Source: a virus
IMG/VR virus record: IMGVR_UViG_3300048587_000705
Span: 1-64,000 of that record
Strand: one strand, 5' to 3'
Length of the DNA: 64,000 nt
Part shown: positions 48,301 to 56,525 of the stretch, one piece after another
Layout: the number at the start of each line of letters is the position of its first letter
Numbering within the stretch: the first letter of the stretch is position 1
Program-made: the position numbers and the translations under genes
The notes under the pieces: model-generated
What the model was told of the DNA's origin: nothing
The model's input: only the letters and a program-made list of their open reading frames with translations
The model's database searches: none

Positions 48301-50698
48301 CTTGAAGGTTTTTTTCCTGATTGTCAAGGTCATCCTGTGTAATCATTTCCTCGGATACCCCGCGCAAGTTCAGTGCGTTGTAGGACGCCTGTTTTTGTGC
48401 CTGTGCCCTTTGTACCTCTTGTGCAAGTTCATTGAACTGTTCCACAAGACGTGCCCTTTCGCTTGCCTCTGTTTCGTTCTCTTGCCTTGTGCTGTTTATC
48501 TTGGCTATCCTGTCCTGAATCTTTTTGTACCTTTCTTCAAGAACGGACAGTTGTTGTGATTTTTGCCTGTAATCTTTAATGGCGGTCTTGTTCACCTTTC
48601 TCAGGGCGTCCGATACATCAAGGGCATTTGCCGTTTCCCTGTTGCTCAGTATGTTGAGCGACTGTTCCTTTATGTCGTTTATGGTAGCGGTTGCAAGGTT
48701 GTCCGCGTTCTTTCCTATCGTAAGATTGTTCGCCACTGCCCTCACCACCACGTCACGGGCAATTCCCGCATTCCTGAACTCCGCAAATTCCCGTGTACCA
48801 AAGGCAGCCTCGGCAAACTCTCGGTTTTTTACGTACTCGTCGGCAAGCTGCTTGTACTCATTTACCTTTTCCTCTATAAACTGTTTTGTGCCGTCCTCGT
48901 CAAGTCCAAGTTCCTCTTGCAGTTCCTGAGCCCTTGTATAAAGGTATGCGCGGTAATCCTTTGCTCCCTGTTCCACCCCCTCAAAGGCATAGTCACGTTC
49001 TATCTTTGCCGTGGTAGCCATATCGTTACCTATCTTTCCACCAACAATATCACCGTTTTTCAGCGCCTGTTCCGACATCTCGTTTGCCGATTTTGCCTTG
49101 TTGGTATAGATAATATTGTTAAAAAGGTTCTTTGCGGTAAAGGTGTTCCTGTAATCTACAAGGTCGTCCACCGCTTTTCTTTGGTCCGATGTCTGTGAAA
49201 AGTTGCCTGATATACCACCACCTATAAGACCTATTATGGCACCTATAAATACCTCTTTTCCACCTTCTTTTGTGCCGTAGGTCTCTTTGAACCCTTCCCA
49301 CATGCTCTCCGCTATACCGAGACTGTCCTTTGTATTGTCCATATCGTACCCAGACAGGGTGTATGCTTTTGCTGCCTTTGCAATGGTTCCTTGCCCACCT
49401 TCTTCGTAAAACCCTTCCAAGAACACGGGTCTGAGCACATCGTAAAACTTTGACCCTACTTTTTGTCTTGCAGTCTGCTCTATTGCCTTTATTGTCCCGT
49501 CCGCTCCGACTTTTTCGTACCCTACACCGAGTACGTTCTTTTTGAACCAATTGTTGGTAAAGGTGCCCGTATTCTTTGAGCCCAGTAACATTTTGCCATA
49601 AATTGCCAAATTGGAACTTCCTACCAAGGCTATGTTGGTGGCGAACACTGCGTTTGCGGAATTTACAAGTCCTTTTCTGAAATTGTCGAGTTCTTGTACC
49701 GACGGCTTCTTGCCGTATTTTGCCATGTAGTCGCTTATGTACTGTTCCTCGGTTTCCTTCATATAATGGCGTGCCTCGACACCCCCCTCGTATGCCGCAG
49801 AGGTATATATAAGCCTTGTGTTGTTCAAGAACTCCGTTGCCTTTGCGCCTTTTATGGTTGCGTTACGGGCTACGTCAAAAGCCTTTTTTTCCGCCACGTC
49901 GTTCAGTAGTGCCTTTCCTATATTTTTTGATTTTGACAGCGCTCCCATGGCACGTTCCGCCCCGAGCGCTTTTGTGCTCCATCTCGTTGCCTGTCCAAGT
50001 GCTCCTTTTGCGAACAAAGATGTTCCTCCCGTTGCGTATGCCCATACGCCCTCGCTCACTATCATACCGAGGGTAAAGGAAAGTCCTCCCATCACATCGT
50101 TCGCCCAAAAATTGGCGGTAAAAGACTGTCCCAAAAGGCTTTTGTTCTTTTCCTGCTCCGTGTAGTAGTTTGGCAGGTTGTAGTCCATTTTTGTATTGAG
50201 GTCATCGAGCCAATCATTAAAGCTGTTATCGTACACCGCGCTTAAAGACCCTTTGGATATTCCCTCTATGGCGCCAATTACGCTGCCCACGGTTCCACCT
50301 ACTGCGGATGTTGCAATCTTGCCCCCAAGTTTCTGTATGCCGTTCCACCATTTACTGCCCGTTGACTGCCCCTGTGCAAGACGCTCGTCGTTGTTGGTGC
50401 CGGGGATGTAGTTCTCGTACTTTGCTATCCAATTACCGCTGTTAAGTTTTACATAGGCGTCTTCCAGCCTCGTGTCGTAGTTCTCGAACTTTGCCCTCTT
50501 GTCACCGCCCAATATCTGGCTGTTGAAACTGTCCTGTTGTGTCTTTATAGTCGAATAGCTCTGTGGGGTAAGTTCCGCGCTCTTTTTTATGTCCACCGAC
50601 ATTTTTTCTATCGGGGGCATTGTCGGTGCAACGGGGGTTATTGTCTCCGTAAAATCGGGAAGGTATATGTTTGTATTATTTGGAATTAAGTCGTCCAT
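45350..50698 (-). CDS. giant virion/ejected protein
   Basis: 1782 aa; Gly/Ala-rich membrane-inserting N-terminal half; EAR and EEGGQ motifs. Confidence 0.8.
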   Translation of the reverse strand: MDDLIPNNTNIYLPDFTETITPVAPTMPPIEKMSVDIKKSAELTPQSYSTIKTQQDSFNSQILGGDKRAKFENYDTRLEDAYVKLNSGNWIAKYENYIPGTNNDERLAQGQSTGSKWWNGIQKLGGKIATSAVGGTVGSVIGAIEGISKGSLSAVYDNSFNDWLDDLNTKMDYNLPNYYTEQEKNKSLLGQSFTANFWANDVMGGLSFTLGMIVSEGVWAYATGGTSLFAKGALGQATRWSTKALGAERAMGALSKSKNIGKALLNDVAEKKAFDVARNATIKGAKATEFLNNTRLIYTSAAYEGGVEARHYMKETEEQYISDYMAKYGKKPSVQELDNFRKGLVNSANAVFATNIALVGSSNLAIYGKMLLGSKNTGTFTNNWFKKNVLGVGYEKVGADGTIKAIEQTARQKVGSKFYDVLRPVFLEGFYEEGGQGTIAKAAKAYTLSGYDMDNTKDSLGIAESMWEGFKETYGTKEGGKEVFIGAIIGLIGGGISGNFSQTSDQRKAVDDLVDYRNTFTAKNLFNNIIYTNKAKSANEMSEQALKNGDIVGGKIGNDMATTAKIERDYAFEGVEQGAKDYRAYLYTRAQELQEELGLDEDGTKQFIEEKVNEYKQLADEYVKNREFAEAAFGTREFAEFRNAGIARDVVVRAVANNLTIGKNADNLATATINDIKEQSLNILSNRETANALDVSDALRKVNKTAIKDYRQKSQQLSVLEERYKKIQDRIAKINSTRQENETEASERARLVEQFNELAQEVQRAQAQKQASYNALNLRGVSEEMITQDDLDNQEKNLQELVGSIESLSSTDPTAYARIKTKLKEYERAVEYARTYNTLAQKMVDPSLRMTEINGYVQKLFSKNKSLEEGELAFFQNIVENYTQDNIAEVTKTQEDGAPIETEPVEETMEAPPIQTKTDNQSKINKINKRRQEELEKESPFKNKFVKNNPNGDNIDLTESEYKRVEALINKWIKQGLSAEDIYIKLIDNNIRRKQVDASFVKDWIQDKIDGKTKLKAGESVSDEINAKYDAEINALENNTINKEQTEQTDPIQKIIQQIKQMIQGNSYTKEYKGEEFDELLKSKPSQKDIDKYTGYIQRMSQPTTDPEQLKAEGFNEQEIEDFTKLNRKLGNWNVLDGVTVEGNSIVDLLQLIEQYQTQLDKQDTKTELTQQDYLTVQSAPDVEMSTYDTARPVQTPDNVKVKSLQSTYQISHLDITSLPQYFEGSILSEKNAKGELVPIDTNNIKEQGRKFVLQLPTGESVEFTIGQSARITVGKEQMNTLLESTDRIKIVDYGDKSSFDIYEKVGDEYIPLQGDFGYGENQLNKELVDRQKPGDKISLQVDTNDNYNKKLIDNYQRAKKSRAKNKEEKLREAEKQLKENLHIFVTTENGEILGSFKAFQQSFNANSEATQTLLALRERATRNVMDGKSGRFDMNVSIPIEKVLIGSPNYKVKEGENNSLVPTTQKFTPEMMKKVVAVGYVKNGELKLNKKIEAEKMFVQKFSEKTPIIVFDYNGRNIAFPVSLIKTEVDLTRRIVEIGNLNVPVSQQIKHLNEFLVQNGVSPSEYIFDPSQALTSDGNIDTLTRLFDRFEKINEFADIETWINEKFNVSLLQQQAEIAIDISNRPFNTGKMILDLENVEQVGELDILKGLFEGSETEKLNLEKSLSQDMQDIYQDWLTNPAYQDMTEGRFVDAMDGTDVQKEPNNALETMSNVNMLKEVIKIMPKKVRDNIGQSKIGKIREQIARHEQLEKELGSLKAGIKNQTVAQQVKDNKPKVNNCN

Positions 50699-53546
50699 AT
50701 AATTTTTCGTAATTTTCTGTGTTTTGGTTCTGTACCTCTATGGCGATATTTCTAAGAGCAAGTGTAACGAGTATCTGTGGGTCGTAATCTATAATACTCT
50801 CTACCTGTTCCCTATCCGCGTCCGTTATCTGTGATATTCGCTGTCCGTCAAAGTATACGTCGACGTAGTTCCTACCGTTCTTGTTCTTTACCTCTGCCGA
50901 GAACCTATTGGCGTTGTCCATGGCGATTTTCATGACTTGTACGAGTTGTGGGTTGTCCGTGGTCTGCTGTATCACTCCCAATGCCCCTTGTTTGGTGGCC
51001 GAGTAGAACATCGGCGTTCCCTGCCCATATCTTTGCGCAAGATAGTCAAGGTTTTCCACATCGAACGGTTTATAGTTAAAATTCTCTACCTTTAACGGTG
51101 GTTGGTTCTCCACTACCAATTGGTTATTATTTTCCTCTAAATCTATCAGTCTTACGACCTCTGGATAGTTTTGCAATACATTTTTTGGTATCACGGCGGA
51201 TTTACCACCTTGTGTCACTATAAAATTATCGGTAGATCCGGGTTGTCTCATAAGTTGTACCCCCACACCGTTTTTAAGTGCCTTCAACATATCATCTTCA
51301 TCCTGACCTTCCAATGGTATTCCTGCTGCAAGCGGTGCCCGCAACGATTCAAAAAGAAGCACTTTGTTCTTCTCTCCCGTGGACGGATTTATCGACATGG
51401 CATTGTACCCTTTTAATCTTATACCGTTCTGTGTGACCGCTTCCTTATATTGTTTTTCAAAATTTTCATAACTGAGCGCGCTCCTGAGCGTACTATCGTC
51501 CTGAACCGAGTTGTCCATAGAGAAGAGCTCTCCTATAACGGTCTTTTGTGTGTCCCAAGTGCCGTTGTCAAGTGCCGTCTTTAGTACTTTGTATGCCCTT
51601 GTATTGCTTGCTTTGGGGTTGAGTTTTATCCTGTACCTTTCCTTTAGGTCACCTACGTGTTCTTTTATAAACTCATCATCCACTTTTCTTGTGCTGTTGG
51701 GGTTTATCATAAGCCCCGGTGTGCCCGGAGTTACCTCATAGGATACGTTCTCTACTTCTAAAAGGTCGGTGATATCCATTTTCTCCCCTGTCACCTTTAA
51801 AAGCCTTTCTATCTGCAACAAGAGGTTTTTGTCAATACTCCCTGCCTCTTTCCCTTTAAGGACGTGTCCTAAATTGTTTTGGGATGCAGCATATGTAGAA
51901 CCGGTGTTGGCGGATAGTGCGGCGTTTGCCGTTAACTGTTCCTTAAATGCTTTTGATAATGTCTCGTCTTTTATAAAATTGTTATAGTCCTCTTTTGAAT
52001 TTATTCCCAATGACCTTAGATATTGGTCGTAGCTCACCACCCGTCCGTTGGAGTCTGTTAGTGTGATATTTTTGTTGTTCTTCAAAGCATCATAAAAACC
52101 TTCCGACTCAAGTGCGTTGGTAAGTGTTGCCTCGTACACCTTTTGGTCATCCTCAAGGTAGTTTTTGTACTTTCTTGCAAGATTGTTTAGCGCCCCCTGT
52201 GCCTGTGGGTCAAGTACTCCTGCGTCCATCATCGCTCTTGTCCTTTTTTCCCTTTCGTCCAATCCTTGGTACTTTATGTCCGATGTAAGTGCATCCACTT
52301 TTTGCTTTTGCTCTTCTGTAAGGTTGTTGTACTGTTGTGTTGCCGTATTGTAGTATTGCTCTCCTAATTTTTTGCCCGCGGATTTTATCTCGTTATAGGT
52401 GTCCACTTTTTCCATAAGGTCACTTGCTATCGGGGCGGTGGTAACGGAAGGTATTGATTCCTGTCCTACAAGTTCTCTTTCTTTCAGGTCATTGGCTCTT
52501 CTTTTCTCGGCAAGCTCCAAGGATTTCCAGTATGCGTTGTCGGAGAGATATTTTTCAGATGCGCGTGCCTGCAATGTCTGTGACATGGTGGATACAAGGT
52601 TCTGCTCTTCAAGGTAACCTCCTATAAACCCAGCGTCGCCCTCTGATAACCTATTGTAGGTCTTTTGTGTTACCTCTCTCTGTGTTTCAAGGTTTTTTAT
52701 CTGCTGTCTGTATTTTTCGGTCGTTGCGGTGTCTACGTTTGGACTGTCTATCTGTGTCCGTAGGTTCGTTATCTCCGTCTCTATACTTGCAAGCTTTTTT
52801 TCATACTGTGGCTGTATACTGTTTACCGCAGCCTCTTTACTGCCACCGTACCTGTAATATCCGTTTACGTTGAGCTGGGCGCGCATCCTGTCGTCTATGA
52901 GTGTGGGAACAAGTGCCTCGAGTTCCGTTTGTGTGAGCCCGTCTATCTCCCTTTCTATTATGTTCCCCTGTCCGTCCCTTACCTGAACTACTTGCTTTCC
53001 ACCTTTAATGGCGGTTATATCCTTTAATTTTTTGGTTATTTCCCCCGTTACGTCAACATGTGGGGTATAGCTTATATCGCCAAGGTCATCTGTATTTCCG
53101 TTGATGTAGTCAACGTACCCTGATTTCATAAGCGCAACTTGATAGTTCACATCACTGTATTGGTCGGGTTTTGATTTTTTTATCTCCTGCACCTGTGATT
53201 GGAACGACTTTATCTTCTGGGTGTTCTGTATTTGTTTTAGTACGTTCTCGTCAAGCGCCTTTGATATATGGCCCATGATACCAGATGTGACGTTGGTAGA
53301 CGACAGGTCGGCGGTAGACAGTCCATTTATGTTGTTTACAAGCCTATTTAATCTTTCGTACAAATATTCCCTGTCCTCTGGCCTTGCGAGCTCTATATCC
53401 CCATAGGCGTTCAACGTCTCCTGTATCTTTGCGGCGTTCGCATCGTACCTTCCCTGTTTATAGGACAGTGCTTGGAGGGCAAGTTCTTGGTTGAAGTTGC
53501 TCTGCGGTCTGCCGTAATTGTGAATTATTGAATGGTAATTGGCCAT
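50676..53546 (-). CDS. internal virion protein
   Basis: 956 aa; N-terminal KQGRYDAN motif typical of crAss-like cargo proteins. Confidence 0.75.
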   Translation of the reverse strand: MANYHSIIHNYGRPQSNFNQELALQALSYKQGRYDANAAKIQETLNAYGDIELARPEDREYLYERLNRLVNNINGLSTADLSSTNVTSGIMGHISKALDENVLKQIQNTQKIKSFQSQVQEIKKSKPDQYSDVNYQVALMKSGYVDYINGNTDDLGDISYTPHVDVTGEITKKLKDITAIKGGKQVVQVRDGQGNIIEREIDGLTQTELEALVPTLIDDRMRAQLNVNGYYRYGGSKEAAVNSIQPQYEKKLASIETEITNLRTQIDSPNVDTATTEKYRQQIKNLETQREVTQKTYNRLSEGDAGFIGGYLEEQNLVSTMSQTLQARASEKYLSDNAYWKSLELAEKRRANDLKERELVGQESIPSVTTAPIASDLMEKVDTYNEIKSAGKKLGEQYYNTATQQYNNLTEEQKQKVDALTSDIKYQGLDEREKRTRAMMDAGVLDPQAQGALNNLARKYKNYLEDDQKVYEATLTNALESEGFYDALKNNKNITLTDSNGRVVSYDQYLRSLGINSKEDYNNFIKDETLSKAFKEQLTANAALSANTGSTYAASQNNLGHVLKGKEAGSIDKNLLLQIERLLKVTGEKMDITDLLEVENVSYEVTPGTPGLMINPNSTRKVDDEFIKEHVGDLKERYRIKLNPKASNTRAYKVLKTALDNGTWDTQKTVIGELFSMDNSVQDDSTLRSALSYENFEKQYKEAVTQNGIRLKGYNAMSINPSTGEKNKVLLFESLRAPLAAGIPLEGQDEDDMLKALKNGVGVQLMRQPGSTDNFIVTQGGKSAVIPKNVLQNYPEVVRLIDLEENNNQLVVENQPPLKVENFNYKPFDVENLDYLAQRYGQGTPMFYSATKQGALGVIQQTTDNPQLVQVMKIAMDNANRFSAEVKNKNGRNYVDVYFDGQRISQITDADREQVESIIDYDPQILVTLALRNIAIEVQNQNTENYEKLYGRLNSK

Positions 53547-53549
53547 CTA

Positions 53550-56525
53550 TTATTTCTTTTTTGTGGTAGTAGTTGTCGGCACAGTGCCCCTTGAAATCGC
53601 AAGCTGTAGTTCCTGCGGGGTGAGTATTATATTACCGTTGCTATCGACATTGTAGTTCTCAAACATTTGGTTGATGGTGTTCTGGTTGCGCACGTCGTTA
53701 AAATTCTGGGTCCTTACATTTCTAAGATAATCGTAGTATTGGTTGATGTTCTCGTCATATACCGCTTGTGTCCTGAATACCCTGTCCTCGTAGCTCAGTG
53801 CATTCTCCCCTCTCAACAAATCCTCTTTGTCCGCTATCTGCGCGTTATAGAGCTGTGTCTGGTTGTCAATCTGCGCGTTCTGTATGTTCGCCTGTGAGAT
53901 GGCTTGATTATTGGCGTTCTGTGTCTGCCCGAGTATCTGTGCCATCATAGCCGCGCGTTGGTTCGGGGGCAAATCACCTATCAGGCTCTGTATTGCCTGT
54001 GCCTGTCTTTGGTTCTCGGCAAGCTGTTGCTCTGGGGATATGTTTACACTGTCCACCCTCTGCAATCTGTTCTCCACCTTTAACGGTGGTTGCATACTGC
54101 TCGGTGGCAATACCGATTGGTCGGGCAACAACGGTAGGTTCTGTAAAGGGTTCCCTGCCTGTTTTGTGCTGTCGGTGTTTGCTATTCCGTCAACAGGGGG
54201 GTCCATTACTGTCTTACTAAAATCGGGAAGTCCGTCCATTGGATTTATTTCCTTGTACCCATACGGTAATCCCGTTCCGTTTATTGATATGTTAGGTTGT
54301 CTTGGTTGTAAGTCCAATGGCACTTCTTTCTCTTTTTGGTCGGCGGTTATCTTACTAAGGTCGGTAAAGAAGTAAGTATTTGCGTCCGCCATATCGAACC
54401 CTTCTTTTCTTACGTATATTTTTTTGCCGTCCGTATCCCTTACCTCAAACGCTTGGTTAAAGTTGTCGGGGTATTTCTTGCGCAGTTTTTCAAGCTGCTC
54501 AATGGCTTTTGGGTCTGAGTACTTTATGGTTCCCCCACTTTGGTAGGATGCCCTGTTCTCAAAGGGTATGTAGTTGGGCACTATTTTTTGGTTTGGATTC
54601 AACTGTTTTATCCTGTCGACCATCTTTATATAGTCCACGTAGTTGTAGGGATTTTTTGGGGTGGGGTTTATGATGTAGTCCTCTCCGTTTCTCTGTACAT
54701 CTATGTATCCCTCATCCTTGTACCATCCGTAGTTCAACGGGTCGGTGCTCTCTTGTACCGTTTGTTTTTTCGGCGCCTTTATAAAAAGGGAGTTTGCAGC
54801 CTCATCGGAAAAGGTTATTCCCGTTGCCTCGTTTACGCTGGCTATGTCCTCTGTGGTAAGAGGTCCTCCGTCCTGCATCTTTTTGCACATCTTTTTGTAT
54901 TCTCCACCTTTTAAAAACTGTTCTATTATGCCCTGCGCCTCCTCGGGTGCCAGTCTGTTCTGTTGTGCAAGTTGTGCCACTAAGTTCGGATCCGCCAAAG
55001 GTTCACTTTTTTCTTTTGGTTTTGATTCTTCCTGTTTTTGATAAACTTCCTTCATTGCCTCTATCCTTGCGGGCTCCAATTGCTCTTTTTCCTTTTCGAG
55101 GTCGTTTATCTTTTTTGAAAGAAATTCCCTGTTGATGTTCTTTGTATTGTCGTCCTCGGTGTTCTTTTCCTGTTTTTCAAGTTGTTTAAAGGCTTCCTCT
55201 TGCTCTTTTGTCACTTTTGTGATACCAACTTTGTCCTTTACTTTGTCTATGACCGTGGCATAGGTATCCTTTGCCTTTAGGGTTATACCGTACTTATCGC
55301 GGAAATATTTTGCGTTCTTTTTCCCTACCTTTAAATGGTCGGATATTACTATTGAGCCTTCTTCTATCTGCTGTGCGGTAAGTTTTTCACCTCCTTGACT
55401 GTGCTTTTGCCCTACTACTTCTGATGCGGTTCCGTCGGGTTTAAGCACATGTTCTCCTTTTTCAAGTTCCACTACCGTTCCTTCTTCTTTCCCATCTGGT
55501 TGTCCTTGTAGGTATTCACCTGTCAATGATTGGGCTTGTGACATCTGCCCACCACTCTGCATAAACTGTTGTGGGGATAAAAGTGCCTGTGAAAGATTGA
55601 ACTGACCACCGTCCTCTAATCCCGTTATGCTGTCGCGGGTCCTTTGGTCGTATTCATCCTGTAAAAATTTTTGTCTTTTTCCCGCACCTACTCCCGAAGC
55701 TATATCCCTTGTTAAAGAAAGAGCTATCTTTCCCGCGGCGAGTCCTCCCCTATAAGCGGGAGTACCACCACCTATCGCATTACCGAGCGTAAAGGCTGCG
55801 CTACTGGTATCATACGAGGAATAAGGATTGTACAGTTGGGATTGGTTTGGGTTCTGTACATTGTGCTCTGGTATTGTAGTATTATTTTCAGAATTTTTTA
55901 GCCACTGCTCATAATCGTTGCTAAGGTTGGTGTCGTAATTATCCGCAGCGTTATCTTTTGGAAGTGTTTTTGCCCAAGCTAAATCTTTCACCGACCTATC
56001 ATATTGAGCCTGTAAATCAAGTTCTTGTGTATCAATAGGTTGGTTTATACCTAACTCTTCATCGGTAAGTGACACTATTCCCGGTTGTTGGTTTTGTGAT
56101 GTAGGGGGAACTAATTGTCGCCCTTGTGACATAATATCAAGAGCCTGTTGGTTTTTTTGCACTTCTTCCTGCGTCATTACGCCCGTGGATGGTACACTAA
56201 CAGGATTTCCGTTAGCATCGACTGAATATACACTACCATAATTGGGTTGTGGAGAGAAATAGTTTGGTGTGGGTTGATATGGGTACTGCACACCACCGCC
56301 CATCTGCATATGTGGTATCTCCATTACGTAATCGGCACCCTCAAAATTGTACTCCCCACCACGTTTCATCAGAACGGCTTTTTGTGGTTGGCCATTTTTG
56401 TAGGGTACTGCGTATATGTATTCGTGGATTGTATCTTTCATGTCGATTTTATTTGACGGTATTATAACGGACGGTTCTTTGTTGTCGGGTGAATTGTGCC
56501 TGTATCCTTCTATTGAGGTCTTCAT
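53550..56525 (-). CDS. internal virion (cargo) protein with repeated xxGG motifs
   Basis: VELEKGE...GQKHSQGGE domain; Gln-rich C-terminus. Confidence 0.78.
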   Translation of the reverse strand: MKTSIEGYRHNSPDNKEPSVIIPSNKIDMKDTIHEYIYAVPYKNGQPQKAVLMKRGGEYNFEGADYVMEIPHMQMGGGVQYPYQPTPNYFSPQPNYGSVYSVDANGNPVSVPSTGVMTQEEVQKNQQALDIMSQGRQLVPPTSQNQQPGIVSLTDEELGINQPIDTQELDLQAQYDRSVKDLAWAKTLPKDNAADNYDTNLSNDYEQWLKNSENNTTIPEHNVQNPNQSQLYNPYSSYDTSSAAFTLGNAIGGGTPAYRGGLAAGKIALSLTRDIASGVGAGKRQKFLQDEYDQRTRDSITGLEDGGQFNLSQALLSPQQFMQSGGQMSQAQSLTGEYLQGQPDGKEEGTVVELEKGEHVLKPDGTASEVVGQKHSQGGEKLTAQQIEEGSIVISDHLKVGKKNAKYFRDKYGITLKAKDTYATVIDKVKDKVGITKVTKEQEEAFKQLEKQEKNTEDDNTKNINREFLSKKINDLEKEKEQLEPARIEAMKEVYQKQEESKPKEKSEPLADPNLVAQLAQQNRLAPEEAQGIIEQFLKGGEYKKMCKKMQDGGPLTTEDIASVNEATGITFSDEAANSLFIKAPKKQTVQESTDPLNYGWYKDEGYIDVQRNGEDYIINPTPKNPYNYVDYIKMVDRIKQLNPNQKIVPNYIPFENRASYQSGGTIKYSDPKAIEQLEKLRKKYPDNFNQAFEVRDTDGKKIYVRKEGFDMADANTYFFTDLSKITADQKEKEVPLDLQPRQPNISINGTGLPYGYKEINPMDGLPDFSKTVMDPPVDGIANTDSTKQAGNPLQNLPLLPDQSVLPPSSMQPPLKVENRLQRVDSVNISPEQQLAENQRQAQAIQSLIGDLPPNQRAAMMAQILGQTQNANNQAISQANIQNAQIDNQTQLYNAQIADKEDLLRGENALSYEDRVFRTQAVYDENINQYYDYLRNVRTQNFNDVRNQNTINQMFENYNVDSNGNIILTPQELQLAISRGTVPTTTTTKKK

